From IMG/VR virus record IMGVR_UViG_2778261375_000003: 64,000 nucleotides of DNA, one strand, 5' to 3'. This document shows positions 33,422 to 43,904 of the stretch, piece after piece. Each line of letters opens with the position of its first letter. Within the stretch, counting starts at the first letter, position 1. The notes beneath the pieces are model-generated. The model saw nothing but the letters and a program-made list of their open reading frames with translations, was not told the DNA's origin and did not search any database. This stretch comes from a virus. Lineage: Duplodnaviria; Heunggongvirae; Uroviricota; Caudoviricetes. A program made the position numbers and the translations under genes.

Positions 33422-33619
33422 ATGGATAAAAACACCACTGCTTACTGGAATCTGTCACTTGATACCGAATGCCCAAAATGCGGTCACAATTTCGATCTGC
33501 TTTGTGATCCAGATTTCTGGGAATTTTCTGGAGCAAAACAGGCATGTGAAGAAATAAAAGGTTACGAAACATGCTGTCCAGAATGTAACCATGAATTTAA
33601 AACAGATTTTGTGTATTGA
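33422..33619 (+). CDS. Zinc-ribbon protein
   Basis: CPKCGHNF ... CCPECNHEF (two CxxC pairs); start taken at the internal Met. Confidence 0.4.
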   Translation: MDKNTTAYWNLSLDTECPKCGHNFDLLCDPDFWEFSGAKQACEEIKGYETCCPECNHEFKTDFVY

Positions 33620-33629
33620 GGCATAACGA

Positions 33630-34910
33630 ATGACCACTTTTACTAAAGAACAATTAATAGAGATGATTAAGCGCAATATAACGGTTATGGATCGTTATCC
33701 TGATTTAGTAACTGCACAAATGGATCTGGAAGTATACAAAATTGCGCTGGCATCACTGGAAGCAGAACCAGTTGCTTATATTTTCAAACATCCGGCCGGG
33801 AAATTATTCTGGGCTTTAACGGATGAAAGCAATAAAGAGCAAGCGGACGTTATTCCTGTTTATGCTGCCGCGCCTGCGTCGGTTGTGCCGGATAATGCAT
33901 CAGAGCCTCTTGCTTATGCTTACAAAGAGCTTACGCCTGAGATTATGCGCAACCATTTAGCTGTATTCGAGCGATATGGAATAGCCCCAAACGATAGCTC
34001 TACCACAATTCAGGCACTGCGAATCGCGCTGGATGGTATAGAGCGGAGCGACGCCATGCTTCAGTCCGGAAACTTTCGGGAAAACAAGAATTCGTCAACC
34101 AATAATTTTCGGGAAATCGCGGAAACGTCAACCAACTATCCGGTAATTCCTAGTGAGGTGTTGTCCGCAATCCTGAAGGTTGCCAAGATTCGTGCCGATT
34201 TCGATGATTTTGACGGTGACAGGCGAGGTATCGGTGATTGTCTGGATGAGGCTGAGCAAGAGCTTATCGTTACCATTAACAAATATGCCAGTCAGTTGGC
34301 AGCAGAACCGATAGCGACTAATGACGTTCGAGAGCAAACAGCCGTTCCGCCAGTTCCTGTAATACAGGCTGATGTCGCGCAGGCAATTGAAAAACTCAAA
34401 CGGAAATTAGTGGAATGCAATCGCTATAACTACTGCGCAGATGCAGTTAAGGGCGTTGAGTATGCCTGCCACGCTGCCATGCTTCAGGGTAGCCAACCTG
34501 TAAGCCAAACTTACAAGTTTCCAGTTAATACACCTTGCCAGGATGCGCCAGCCCATATCTGGCTGCAAACAGCTGGAGTATGGCCAGAAGATGGCGAGTT
34601 AAGCGAATTAACATGGTGCAGCCACAATCAGCACCATGATGACACGCTATATGTTCGAGCTGACTTGGTAAATGGCAATTCTCCGGTAACTCCGGATGGT
34701 TGGATAAGCTGTAGTGAGCGAATGCCGAATACCAAAACAGCCGTTCTTGTTGCCGTGGAGTTTGACAGGAAAGGTGACTGGCGAATGAAATGGGCTACTT
34801 ACATCCCGGGGCATCCTGACGCTAATGATGGGTGGATAATTCCTGGTGCGTCGTGGAAACCGTCACACTGGATGCCGCTACCAGAACCGCCGCAGGAGGT
34901 GAATCAATGA
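33630..34910 (+). CDS. Hypothetical protein (N-terminus paralogous to ORF 32811)
   Basis: 426 aa; shared KIALASLEA(E/K)P segment. Confidence 0.5.
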   Translation: MTTFTKEQLIEMIKRNITVMDRYPDLVTAQMDLEVYKIALASLEAEPVAYIFKHPAGKLFWALTDESNKEQADVIPVYAAAPASVVPDNASEPLAYAYKELTPEIMRNHLAVFERYGIAPNDSSTTIQALRIALDGIERSDAMLQSGNFRENKNSSTNNFREIAETSTNYPVIPSEVLSAILKVAKIRADFDDFDGDRRGIGDCLDEAEQELIVTINKYASQLAAEPIATNDVREQTAVPPVPVIQADVAQAIEKLKRKLVECNRYNYCADAVKGVEYACHAAMLQGSQPVSQTYKFPVNTPCQDAPAHIWLQTAGVWPEDGELSELTWCSHNQHHDDTLYVRADLVNGNSPVTPDGWISCSERMPNTKTAVLVAVEFDRKGDWRMKWATYIPGHPDANDGWIIPGASWKPSHWMPLPEPPQEVNQ

Positions 34911-34974
34911 GCTGGCCTGAAGCATTCACCACGGTAGGAATTGTGATGGCGGCAGCACTGGGTTTGTATTCAAT

Positions 34975-35226
34975 TTGTCGCTGGTGGTAACGATGGGAAA
35001 AATAACTTTTGTAGTCGAATTTGAGGATGGTAAAGAGCCACCTGTTAGCGCCAATCTTGATGTTGCTGGTGGCAGGCTTGTTTCGGTTCTATTTGGTGAC
35101 TACCGAGATGACTTCTTCCAACCAGAAGAAGTTGATGTAGTGCGAGAGGCATTAAACGAGTTAAGTGTTGATAACGATGATGCTCATGCGGAAATCATCC
35201 AAAAAATGGAACTGCTAACTCACTAA
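34975..35226 (+). CDS. Hypothetical protein
   Basis: 83-aa ORF. Confidence 0.4.
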   Translation: MSLVVTMGKITFVVEFEDGKEPPVSANLDVAGGRLVSVLFGDYRDDFFQPEEVDVVREALNELSVDNDDAHAEIIQKMELLTH

Positions 35227-35308
35227 ATTATCAATTATGGTGCTATCACCTACGACACCGAGAGAAAATTTATAATGTCAAAAGTAAATGTTTTGATTTT
35301 TTCAGCAA

Positions 35309-35698
35309 TTGTTGGCTTTGGTTTTACTGCCGGAGTGCAGATTTATATTACGTGGGAAAAAATCATCAACTACGCATGGAGTTGTTTTATTAAGTGAGGT
35401 AAGTATGTGGAGAGGTAATAGTCATGGCAAAAGCCAGATGATACTTACCGAATATAAGCTAGACCACAAAACCAATAAATCACGTTCAGTATATTTGCTC
35501 CGGCACAATAGCCGCGTAAGAAATACCGTGCTGGAACAAAATCTGACAGTTGAAATGGATAATTACGGGGGATTCAAGCCAACAATTTCACTTGATGATT
35601 TTCCTCGTGGTTTAAGCGAAAGAGAAGCAATGCTGAAATTAGCAGAATGGCTACAAAGATTAAGCATTGCTATTGAAGATAACTGGTCTGAACCTTAA
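35309..35698 (+). CDS. Hypothetical protein
   Basis: 129-aa ORF; start may be internal. Confidence 0.4.
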   Translation: MLALVLLPECRFILRGKKSSTTHGVVLLSEVSMWRGNSHGKSQMILTEYKLDHKTNKSRSVYLLRHNSRVRNTVLEQNLTVEMDNYGGFKPTISLDDFPRGLSEREAMLKLAEWLQRLSIAIEDNWSEP

Positions 35699-35704
35699 AT
35701 TTAT

Positions 35705-36079
35705 ATGATGACACTAAAACATTTTCTTGACCGCCCATTATGGGCGGCAGCCGCAGGCTATGACTTTAATTATATGGATTGCATGTCTTATACCGCCAAT
35801 GCATACGACTATTCCTTCAGTCTGCTGCTTAATTCTTTAAGAATATTGCCGCAAACAGAAGTTGGAGAGATTCATTTATGGCTATTGGGCTTTATCGCGG
35901 CTGGAGTTGGTATTGCTGTATGGCCTTTTATTTTCTGGCTGGTGGCTGTTGTAGTGTGGTTTAAGTGCAAGACGTACCGGAGAAAGTATTTCTTAGGTGA
36001 TGGAATGACTGATATTGCCAAAATGAACATTGAAAAATGGACTAAGGAATGTGAAAAGAAATGGCGCAAAAAGAAATGA
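35705..36079 (+). CDS. Hypothetical membrane protein
   Basis: Hydrophobic helices WLLGFIAAGVGIAVWPFIFWLVAVVVWF. Confidence 0.4.
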   Translation: MMTLKHFLDRPLWAAAAGYDFNYMDCMSYTANAYDYSFSLLLNSLRILPQTEVGEIHLWLLGFIAAGVGIAVWPFIFWLVAVVVWFKCKTYRRKYFLGDGMTDIAKMNIEKWTKECEKKWRKKK

Positions 36080-36711
36080 CCAGAATCACTGAAGAGCGTA
36101 TATTAGAGATTATTTCCCGTATCGAAATGTATGGTCACGGTGCTGGATATACGGCAGATGAAGTATTGGAAATAGCCCAGCAGATGCTGGCCTTGAGACA
36201 AAAAGAGCAACATGAAAGTAATACGTGTAGATTGAATTTTGAGCAGTGGCTGGAACAGCAACGCGGAAAAATCGATGTGGACTGCGGTTGTGTGTCCACT
36301 GAAACATTCATGCACTGGCTGTGGGTAGCTTACGAGGCTGGCAACTATCCGGATATTCCGGATAGTTCGGTGCCAGCGCCAGGAAAGGGCGTCACCGGTG
36401 AACGTATCCGCATTAAGCCGCATGTTTATCGCGAACTGGTTAACCGTCTCCACGATACAGCGATCAAGTGTGCTGGCACCCAGCAATTACGAGAAAGAAT
36501 TAGCCGTGTTTTGGGCGACGTTATTACACCAGATCATCATAAACAAGCCGAGAAAAGTGACCTGGAAAGGTGTCACCTTGAGGCGGCATTAAACATTAAG
36601 CCGGGGCATACGCTTGGCATTATTGATGCACTATTGGTTCATAAGATGGCCAGGGCTTTATTGCCGCTGGTGGCTGAAAAGCATGAGGTGGACCATGCCA
36701 ACGAAAGCTGA
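36061..36711 (+). CDS. Hypothetical protein
   Basis: 216-aa ORF. Confidence 0.45.
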   Translation: MAQKEMTRITEERILEIISRIEMYGHGAGYTADEVLEIAQQMLALRQKEQHESNTCRLNFEQWLEQQRGKIDVDCGCVSTETFMHWLWVAYEAGNYPDIPDSSVPAPGKGVTGERIRIKPHVYRELVNRLHDTAIKCAGTQQLRERISRVLGDVITPDHHKQAEKSDLERCHLEAALNIKPGHTLGIIDALLVHKMARALLPLVAEKHEVDHANES

Positions 36712-36979
36712 ATTACAGGTGCGCGTAGATGAGCTTGAAAAAGAGAACGCGAGCCTCAAAAAAATGCTGTCGCGGGCGGAAAGGGAATTATCAGGCAAAT
36801 TATTGCCAGAAGAACTGCCACCAGCAGATATACCTGATCGAGTGTCCTGGTGGATGAAGTATTTCCGTGCACCGTGGGAGGCGTTTTGGTGCTACGACCA
36901 TCGCAGATGGTGTGATGAACTTGATAGCAATTTTCCCTACTTTGCGGAAGGGAACACCTGCCCTCAATGCAGGGGATAG
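36696..36979 (+). CDS. Hypothetical coiled-coil / zinc-binding protein
   Basis: Start at MPTKAELQVRVDELEKENASLKK; ends with CPQC. Confidence 0.4.
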
Positions 36980-37346
36980 CATTTGACGAAATCGATCACC
37001 CTATCCTGAACTTCAGAAAGAAGGTCTTTTTCACGCGCCAGGACGTCAGGATATTGACGTTCTGGCCTTACCAGATGCCGGAGCTTCCCATTAAGCAGAA
37101 TGGCCTCAGAAAACACTTTTACGCTGTGCTTTATCCCCTCTGTTTCACTTTTCAGCGTCAAAATAAAGCGCAATTGCTTATTAGCCTGATTCGGATTCAA
37201 TACACGAATTTGCAGTTCGTCTATGCTGTTCCGCAATGGGATTGATGCCACCACACTGGTGCAGTCTCTGATTGTCTGAATTGAACGGCTAACATTGAGA
37301 ACGTTATTGTGCATGTGCCTGATCCACTAACTCCTGGAGGTTTCTT

Positions 37347-37598
37347 GTGTCAGATCGAAATATAGCAGCTAAAAGCCAGGAAGAGCGAGACAAGGTGAAC
37401 GTAGACCTTGCCGCCAGCGGCGTTGCTTACAAAGAACGGCTGAATATACCTGTGATTGCAGAGCAGGTGGCCCGTGAGCAACCGGAAAACCTGCGCGCCT
37501 ATTTCATGGAACGGCTACGGCACTACCGGCAGTTAAGCCTCCAGTTGCCAAAAGGGAGCGATCCGGTGTATCAGAACGAGGATGCACCAAAAAAATAA
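37347..37598 (+). CDS. Hypothetical protein
   Basis: 83-aa ORF, GTG start after GGAGG. Confidence 0.4.
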   Translation: MSDRNIAAKSQEERDKVNVDLAASGVAYKERLNIPVIAEQVAREQPENLRAYFMERLRHYRQLSLQLPKGSDPVYQNEDAPKK

Positions 37599-37683
37599 CG
37601 GCAAGATGGGGGAGAAATGTGATTAGCCCCCAGCGTGGCGCGCCTACAAACCCCGCTTTCACAAACTATGCCTTTTCAATGTA

Positions 37684-37703
37684 TACTGTATGAATAAACA
37701 GTA
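37684..37703. promoter_or_regulatory. LexA (SOS) box
   Basis: TACTGTATGAATAAACAGTA (CTGT-N8-ACAG), 19 nt upstream of humD. Confidence 0.65.
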
Positions 37704-37721
37704 TCATTGAGGTAAAACGCT

Positions 37722-38111
37722 ATGGGCTTCCCTTCTCCTGCGGCGGATTATGTTGAAAGCCGAATTTCTCTTGATCAGCAGATAATTAGACATCCTTCAG
37801 CGACCTACTTCATGCGGGCAGCTGATAGCCATCACCGTGAGGGAATATTGCAGGGTGCTTTGCTGGTGGTTGATTCCTCGCTTACTCCGGTTGATGGTTC
37901 TCTGCTTGTGTGCGCTATGGAGGGTGAATATCGCATAAAGAGATACAGGAAGTATCCGCGCCAGCACCTGGAGGACTTAAGCACCGGGAAGAAAGAGGCG
38001 TTACCAGTAGATGACGATGGATACACGGGCAGTAATGCTGTTTTTGGTGTGATCACTCATGTCATCAATGATGCCCGAAGTGGGGAATTTGATGATTGTC
38101 CGGTTATTTAA
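37722..38111 (+). CDS. humD: UmuD'-like SOS mutagenesis protein (S24 peptidase fold)
   Basis: 129 aa, LexA/UmuD C-terminal-like; preceded by the LexA box. Confidence 0.8.
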   Translation: MGFPSPAADYVESRISLDQQIIRHPSATYFMRAADSHHREGILQGALLVVDSSLTPVDGSLLVCAMEGEYRIKRYRKYPRQHLEDLSTGKKEALPVDDDGYTGSNAVFGVITHVINDARSGEFDDCPVI

Positions 38112-38183
38112 GCTGCAAAGTGCTGGTGCTTTATGCCTGTGAAGTTTATAATTGTGTACACATAACGAGTACACGAGGTGTTT

Positions 38184-38405
38184 ATGCAATCCATTAACTT
38201 CCGTACCGCGCGTGGCAACCTTTCTGAAGTGCTCAACAATGTTGAAGCCGGGGAAGAGGTTGAAATCACCCGCAGAGGCCGTGAGCCAGCAGTAATTGTC
38301 AGCAAGGCTACTTTCGAAGCCTACAAAAAAGCGGCGCTGGATGCTGAATTTGCATCCCTGTTTGACACCCTGGACTCCACCAACAAGGAACTGGTTAACC
38401 GATAA
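38184..38405 (+). CDS. phd: Phd antitoxin
   Basis: 73 aa [32 protein letters not shown]..., matches P1 Phd as I recall; overlaps doc by 1 nt. Confidence 0.9.
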   Translation: MQSINFRTARGNLSEVLNNVEAGEEVEITRRGREPAVIVSKATFEAYKKAALDAEFASLFDTLDSTNKELVNR

Positions 38406-38785
38406 TGAGACATATATCACCGGAAGAACTTGTTGCGCTTCATGATGCGAATATAAGCCGCTACGGCGGCCTGCCTGGCATGTCAGATCCGGGTAGGGCA
38501 GAGGCCATTATCGGGAGAGTTCAGGCCAGAGTTGCCTACGAAGAGATCACCGACCTTTTCGAAGTCTCCGCCACCTACCTGGTGGCTACAGCGAGAGGGC
38601 ATATATTCAATGATGCCAATAAGCGTACCGCGCTAAACAGTGCGCTGCTATTTCTACGCCGTAACGGGGTGCAGGTATTTGATTCACCTGAACTGGCAGA
38701 CCTTACTGTAGGCGCTGCGACTGGCGAGATATCTGTATCTTCTGTCGCCGACACGTTACGTAGATTGTATGGTTCTGCGGAGTAG
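38405..38785 (+). CDS. doc: Doc toxin (Fic-fold kinase)
   Basis: 126 aa with [12 protein letters not shown] (Fic-like motif). Confidence 0.9.
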   Translation: MRHISPEELVALHDANISRYGGLPGMSDPGRAEAIIGRVQARVAYEEITDLFEVSATYLVATARGHIFNDANKRTALNSALLFLRRNGVQVFDSPELADLTVGAATGEISVSSVADTLRRLYGSAE

Positions 38786-38789
38786 ATTA

Positions 38790-38969
38790 ATGGCACGCAA
38801 ATACAACAAATTGTCCCGTGAAGCGTTAAAGATGCTTCTTGATGGCGTGAGTCGCCGCAAGGTAAAGCAATACCTGGTTGGTAAGCAAATTGGAGTCAGG
38901 ACCGCTATTGCTGTGTTATGCCGTCAGGAAATGGTTGTGCTTAAACAGAGAATGCCGGGCAGCAGATAA
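38790..38969 (+). CDS. Small post-doc protein (hypothetical)
   Basis: ORF 38769..38969 trimmed to MARKYNKLS. Confidence 0.35.
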   Translation: MARKYNKLSREALKMLLDGVSRRKVKQYLVGKQIGVRTAIAVLCRQEMVVLKQRMPGSR

Positions 38970-38996
38970 AGCCCAATCAGTGATTAAAGGTGTGAT

Positions 38997-40040
38997 GTGA
39001 AAGCCGTAATTACTCCCTTTGTACAGAAAGAGCTTGGCCTCGCCACGTTCAAAGTGGATCAGGAGGTCAGAAAACTGGTGGAGGCTGGCCGTAAATTTAT
39101 CATGGAGCCGGTGCCGCGTGAGTTAATCGAGCACATGGAAGACGGCCTCGTTGTTACCGAGCAAACCATGGCAACAAATGAGGCGTTGCAGCCGTTTTTT
39201 AACAGCGATGAACTGTTTCGCCGTATTGGTGGAATTGACGCGCTGGTGGCGTGGTTGCGTAGGAAAGAGGGTCAATGCCAGGCCGCAGATCGTAGTTGGT
39301 GTGACAACCATATTGTCCACGCTGAACGAGACAATAGCGCGGTGTTGTTGTGCTGGCATCACGATAACCATTACCGGATGCGTGGTTTTAATGAGCTGAA
39401 AGAAACGCTGCACAATAATCGCGTTAACTGGATACTGGATGTCGCCCGTCAGGAAATGGGCCTTTCAAATAGCCATGATTTAAGTATTCAGGAGCTGTGC
39501 TGGTGGGCTTTCATGCGCAACATGATGCACCTGATGCCGGAAGAAGTCTGCCGCATATCAATAAATAAGATGAAGGCTACTCCGCAGGATAGCGGACCTC
39601 TGAAAGAGGCGGATATTCGCCCGTATGACGATCGCGCTACAGCATATGTTCAGATGATGGAAGAACGCGCCGCGCCGATGCGTGCAAAAGTATGCCCTGT
39701 GGATGTTGACTCCGACCCAGGTATGGCGCATTTCAAAATACCAAAACTTCAATCGCTAAAATTGCCCGAGTACATGGACTTTGTGGCTTCCCGTCCATGC
39801 TGTGGCTGTGGAGCTGCGGGAGCTGGCGCTCACATTACGCCTTATATCGTTCGTCATAGTCGATTATGCGCGCATGACATTTATGCTATTCCTCTGTGCC
39901 AGTCATGCCAGCGTGATATTGAGCGTGACCGCGATAATTGGGAGAAGACGCACGGCAGGCTGGCGATGCATCAACGATTGTTCTTTGATTACGCGCTTGG
40001 AGTCGGCGTTATCACAAGTCACTCGTCGAGCGTTAGATAA
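38997..40040 (+). CDS. Hypothetical protein with Cys-rich C-terminus
   Basis: 347 aa; occupies the pdcB position of P1 by order. Confidence 0.5.
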   Translation: MKAVITPFVQKELGLATFKVDQEVRKLVEAGRKFIMEPVPRELIEHMEDGLVVTEQTMATNEALQPFFNSDELFRRIGGIDALVAWLRRKEGQCQAADRSWCDNHIVHAERDNSAVLLCWHHDNHYRMRGFNELKETLHNNRVNWILDVARQEMGLSNSHDLSIQELCWWAFMRNMMHLMPEEVCRISINKMKATPQDSGPLKEADIRPYDDRATAYVQMMEERAAPMRAKVCPVDVDSDPGMAHFKIPKLQSLKLPEYMDFVASRPCCGCGAAGAGAHITPYIVRHSRLCAHDIYAIPLCQSCQRDIERDRDNWEKTHGRLAMHQRLFFDYALGVGVITSHSSSVR

Positions 40041-40041
40041 A

Positions 40042-40058
40042 ATTGCTCTAATGTATTG
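40042..40058 (+). promoter_or_regulatory. C1-operator-like motif upstream of lpa
   Basis: ATTGCTCTAATGTATTG, 2 nt after the upstream stop. Confidence 0.5.
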
Positions 40059-40128
40059 CTATTTCTTTAATCGAGGGTATTATATTCGTCGTTGATTAGT
40101 TGACATGGGCTAATCAGTAGGTGACAGG

Positions 40129-40581
40129 ATGTTACTTAACTGGCAGGGACGCCACTTCATGGAAATAAATCACTCACGAATTACATCGTATGAGATTGCG
40201 GATTACATGATCCGCACTAAATCTCTTCTATCAGCGAAAGAACTCGCAGCAATCCTTGAAAAGGAATACCCGCATCTGGATGTCGATAAGCGCGATGTTT
40301 ATCTGCGCTTAAAGGCTATCGCTGTGTCTAAGTATTCGTCTGTTTTGATTGATGACAGTACACGCCCACGTAGATTTCAGATCCACTCTCTGAATCCTGA
40401 ATTCTTTCGCCGCAGCCGCGCTCCGCGCCGGTTTGATGAAAAACTCCAGAACGAACTCTATATGACGCAGGACGAAAAGGAACGCCGGGAGCACCAGCCT
40501 TGGGTAATGGCGCGTCAACTTTTCAATAAGGTGGCCCGTCAGCACCGTCATTACGGTAATGCCACATCCGCACGTATCTGA
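40129..40581 (+). CDS. lpa: Late promoter activator (assigned by position and size)
   Basis: 150-aa ORF between the doc region and pacA, preceded by a C1 operator. Confidence 0.5.
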   Translation: MLLNWQGRHFMEINHSRITSYEIADYMIRTKSLLSAKELAAILEKEYPHLDVDKRDVYLRLKAIAVSKYSSVLIDDSTRPRRFQIHSLNPEFFRRSRAPRRFDEKLQNELYMTQDEKERREHQPWVMARQLFNKVARQHRHYGNATSARI

Positions 40582-40666
40582 TTGATTGCTTGCCCGTTCC
40601 GGGCCTTTTGACATGTGACTTTCGTTACCCTCGCGTCAAAAAGAGTTTTTACGAAAGGAAGCATAA

Positions 40667-41860
40667 GTGACCTGGGACGATCACAAGAAGAATTTTGCTC
40701 GCCTGGCGCGAGATGGTGGTTACACCATCGCACAATATGCCGCCGAGTTTAATCTCAACCCAAACACCGCACGTCGTTATCTCCGTGCATTCAAAGAAGA
40801 CACCGGAACAGCGGACAGCCGTAAGCCAAATAAGCCTGTCAGAAAACCACTAAAAAGCATGATCATTGATCACGCTAATGATCAACGTGCAGGTGATCAC
40901 ATTGTGGCTGAAATGGCTGAAAAACAAAGAGTTAATGCTGTTGTCAGTGCCGCAGTCGAGAACGCGAAGCGCCAGAATAAGCGCATAAATGATCGTTCTG
41001 ATGATCATGACGTGATCACCCGCGCCCACCGGACCTTACGTGATCGCCTGGAACGCGACACCCTGGATGATGATGGTGAACGCTTTGAATTCGAAGCTGG
41101 CGATTACCTGATAGATAACGTTGAAGCGCGGAAGGCCGCGCGCGCTATGTTGCGTCGGTCCGGGGCTGATGTTCTGGAAACCACTCTTCTGGAAAAGTCT
41201 CTCTCTCATCTCCTTATGCTGGAGAACGCCAGGGATACGTGTATTCGCTTGGTTCAGGAAATGCGCGATCAGCAAAAAGACGATGATGAAGGAACTCCGC
41301 CTGAATACCGTATCGCGAGCATGCTAAACAGCTGTTCCGCGCAGATAAGCAGCCTGATCAACACCATTTACAGCATCCGGAATAACTATCGAAAAGAAAG
41401 CCGGGAGGCGGAAAAGCACGCTTTGTCTATGGGGCAAGCTGGCATTGTTAAGCTGGCATACGAACGAAAGCGTGAAAACAACTGGTCAGTGCTGGAGGCA
41501 GCTGAATTCATCGAGGCGCATGGAGGGAAAGTACCGCCCCTGATGCTGGAGCAAATCAAAGCCGATCTGCGTGCTCCTAAGACCAATACCGATGATGAGG
41601 AAAGGCAAACAGCCGTCGGTGGCCCTTCTCTTGAAGATCTGGACAAAGTTGCGCGAGAACGGGCCGCCAACCGCCGCGCCGATGCCGCATTGTGGATTGA
41701 GCAGCGTAGGGAAGAAATCGCCGATATCGTTGATACAGGCGGTTATGGAGATGTTGATACTGAAGGTGTATCAAACGACCCATGGCTGGAACAAGACCTG
41801 GACGAAGACGAGGAGGAAGACGAAGAAGTTACCCGCAAGCTATACGGGGATGATGATTAA
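40667..41860 (+). CDS. pacA: Terminase small (pac-recognition) subunit
   Basis: 397 aa; pac hexamer cluster lies in its 5' portion; acidic C-terminal tail. Confidence 0.85.
   Translation: MTWDDHKKNFARLARDGGYTIAQYAAEFNLNPNTARRYLRAFKEDTGTADSRKPNKPVRKPLKSMIIDHANDQRAGDHIVAEMAEKQRVNAVVSAAVENAKRQNKRINDRSDDHDVITRAHRTLRDRLERDTLDDDGERFEFEAGDYLIDNVEARKAARAMLRRSGADVLETTLLEKSLSHLLMLENARDTCIRLVQEMRDQQKDDDEGTPPEYRIASMLNSCSAQISSLINTIYSIRNNYRKESREAEKHALSMGQAGIVKLAYERKRENNWSVLEAAEFIEAHGGKVPPLMLEQIKADLRAPKTNTDDEERQTAVGGPSLEDLDKVARERAANRRADAALWIEQRREEIADIVDTGGYGDVDTEGVSNDPWLEQDLDEDEEEDEEVTRKLYGDDD
40860..41018. promoter_or_regulatory. pac: pac packaging site (Dam-methylation-dependent hexamer clusters)
   Basis: Four TGATCA at 40860, 40867, 40879 and 40894, then TGATCG at 40990 and TGATCA at 41002 and 41013; the 4+3 arrangement of GATC hexamers described for P1 pac. 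Confidence 0.7.
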
Positions 41861-43344
41861 TGGCCAGAAGTTGCGTAACGGATCCACGTTGGCGCGAGCT
41901 GGTGGCGCTATATCGTTATGACTGGATTGCTGCCGCTGATGTTTTGTTCGGCAAAACACCTACCTGGCAGCAGGATCTGATTATTGAGTCTGTGCAGGAA
42001 CAGGGTAGCAAGACATCTGTTTCGTCTGGTCACGGTACCGGGAAATCAGACATGACTTCTATCATGATCATGTTGTTCATAATCATGTATCCAGGTGCCC
42101 GTGCCATTATCGTTGCGAACAAAATTCAGCAGGTAATGACCGGTATATTCAAGTACATCAAGATAAACTGGGCTACTGCCACCAGCCGTTTCCCATGGCT
42201 TGCTGATTATTTTGTTCTGACAGAAACCGCTTTCTATGAGATTACTGGTAAAGGTGTATGGACTGTAGTACCGAAGGGCTTTCGTCTGGGAAGTGAAGAA
42301 GCTCTCGCCGGTGAACACGCAGATCATCTTCTGTATATTATCGATGAAGCCTCCGGTGTCAGTGATAGAGCTTTCGGTATCATCACCGGTGCTCTTACCG
42401 GACAGGATAACCGCATCTTATTGCTGTCACAGCCTACACGCCCAAGCGGCTATTTCTACGATACACACCATAAACTGGCCAAGCGTCCTGGTAACCCTGA
42501 TGGCGTTTATACGGCGATCACGCTTAACAGTGAGGAATCACCGTTGGTAACGCCAGCATTTATCAAAATGAAGCTGGCGGAGTACGGCGGGCGTGATAAC
42601 CCTATGTACATGATTAAGGTACGCGGCCTATTCCCTAAATCACAGGATGGCTTCCTTCTTGGACGTGATGAGGTTGAACGTGCAACGCGGCGGAAAGTCA
42701 AGATTGCCAAAGGATGGGGCTGGCTTGCATGTGTGGACGTTGCTGGTGGTACGGGACGGGATAAGTCCGTTATCAATATCATGATGGTGTCCGGCCAGCG
42801 AAATAAACGCCGTGTAATCAACTATCGAATGCTGGAATACACAGACGTTACAGAAACGCAGCTTGCCGCCAAAATTTTCGCAGAATGTAATCCTGAGCGA
42901 TTCCCCAATATCACCATAGCGATAGACGGCGATGGCCTGGGTAAAGCAACGGCGGATCTGATGTACGAGTATTATGGTATTACCGTACAGCGTATACGCT
43001 GGGGTAAAAAGATGCATAGCCGTGAAGATAAGAGCCTGTACTTTGATAAACGTGCTTATGCCAATGTTCAAGCCGCAGAGGCCGTAAAATCTGGTCGTAT
43101 GAGACTGGATAAGGGTAATGAAACTATTGAGGAAGCGTCGAAAATCCCTGTAGGGATTAACTCCGCAGGTCAATGGAAGGTGATGAGTAAGGAGGATATG
43201 AAGAAAAAACTCAACCTGCACTCACCAGACCATTGGGATACATATTGTTTCGCTATGCTGGCGGATTATGTTCCCCAGGATGAAGTGCTTAGCGTCGAAG
43301 ACGAAGCGCAGGTTGATGAAGCTCTGGCATGGCTTAATGAATGA
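41860..43344 (+). CDS. pacB: Terminase large subunit
   Basis: 494 aa, translationally coupled to pacA (ATGA overlap). Confidence 0.85.
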   Translation: MARSCVTDPRWRELVALYRYDWIAAADVLFGKTPTWQQDLIIESVQEQGSKTSVSSGHGTGKSDMTSIMIMLFIIMYPGARAIIVANKIQQVMTGIFKYIKINWATATSRFPWLADYFVLTETAFYEITGKGVWTVVPKGFRLGSEEALAGEHADHLLYIIDEASGVSDRAFGIITGALTGQDNRILLLSQPTRPSGYFYDTHHKLAKRPGNPDGVYTAITLNSEESPLVTPAFIKMKLAEYGGRDNPMYMIKVRGLFPKSQDGFLLGRDEVERATRRKVKIAKGWGWLACVDVAGGTGRDKSVINIMMVSGQRNKRRVINYRMLEYTDVTETQLAAKIFAECNPERFPNITIAIDGDGLGKATADLMYEYYGITVQRIRWGKKMHSREDKSLYFDKRAYANVQAAEAVKSGRMRLDKGNETIEEASKIPVGINSAGQWKVMSKEDMKKKLNLHSPDHWDTYCFAMLADYVPQDEVLSVEDEAQVDEALAWLNE

Positions 43345-43347
43345 ATA

Positions 43348-43364
43348 TTTGCTCTAATAAATTG
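43348..43364 (+). promoter_or_regulatory. C1-operator-like motif
   Basis: TTTGCTCTAATAAATTG, 4 nt after the pacB stop. Confidence 0.55.
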
Positions 43365-43660
43365 TGTTTTTTAGCTACCGATGTTACATTGAACCTGACC
43401 TCTTGCGCCTTGTGGCATTTTCGGTTTATGCTTATCAGGCACCTCATTAAAACGGGTGCCGGGATTGGCCTCCCGCTTAAGTCTAAGGCGATACAGACGC
43501 CGCTCGCGTCTTTTTTTGTATCGGCGTACACGCACACCTCTACAATGGTGGGCTGTATGGGGCTACCTTCGGGTAGGCTGGTTACCTTGGACGCCAGTAA
43601 GGCCAACTCCGTACAGTCCACCGCCAGCAAGATTGGTCTCTTCTGCGGTGGTTACATACC
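43365..43660 (+). ncRNA. Structured leader upstream of icd-like ORF, possible c4-like antisense-RNA region
   Basis: No credible ORF; intrinsic terminator at 43496..43518 (AGACGC-cgctc-GCGTCT plus T7); further hairpin CCACCGC...GCGGTGG; repeated GTCTAAGG box near the icd RBS. Confidence 0.3.
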
Positions 43661-43682
43661 AACGTCTAAGGAGGCTGCCAAT

Positions 43683-43904
43683 ATGGCTACTATCCCTACC
43701 CCAACTCATCCTGAATTTATCTGGCGCTTTTACTCCTGCCAAAAACGTCACTATCACTTCGTTATTGCACCAACAGAAGATGAGGCCCGCTCTCAGCTTC
43801 CTGACGCCCCATGTATTTTCTCTGCCCGTTTTTCCACTGATTCACGCAATTCTCTCAGTTACTGGTGCCTCCCTGTTAACGCTTCTGCTCAGGAGGGACT
43901 ATGA
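43683..43904 (+). CDS. icd: Icd-like small protein (73 aa)
   Basis: ATG 8 nt after AAGGAGG; 73 codons; stop overlaps the ant start (ATGA), the arrangement known for P1 icd-ant. Confidence 0.5.
   Translation: MATIPTPTHPEFIWRFYSCQKRHYHFVIAPTEDEARSQLPDAPCIFSARFSTDSRNSLSYWCLPVNASAQEGL

Noticed and set aside
36964-37314. Minus-strand 116-aa ORF and overlapping plus-strand 92-aa ORF between 36979 and 37347
   Set aside because: No RBS or motif support for either and the two overlap; the region may be regulatory or non-coding.
43341-43904. 187-aa track ORF spanning the pacB-ant intergenic region
   Set aside because: Its first two thirds cover an operator, hairpins and a terminator; only the last 73 codons have an RBS and fit the icd-like gene.
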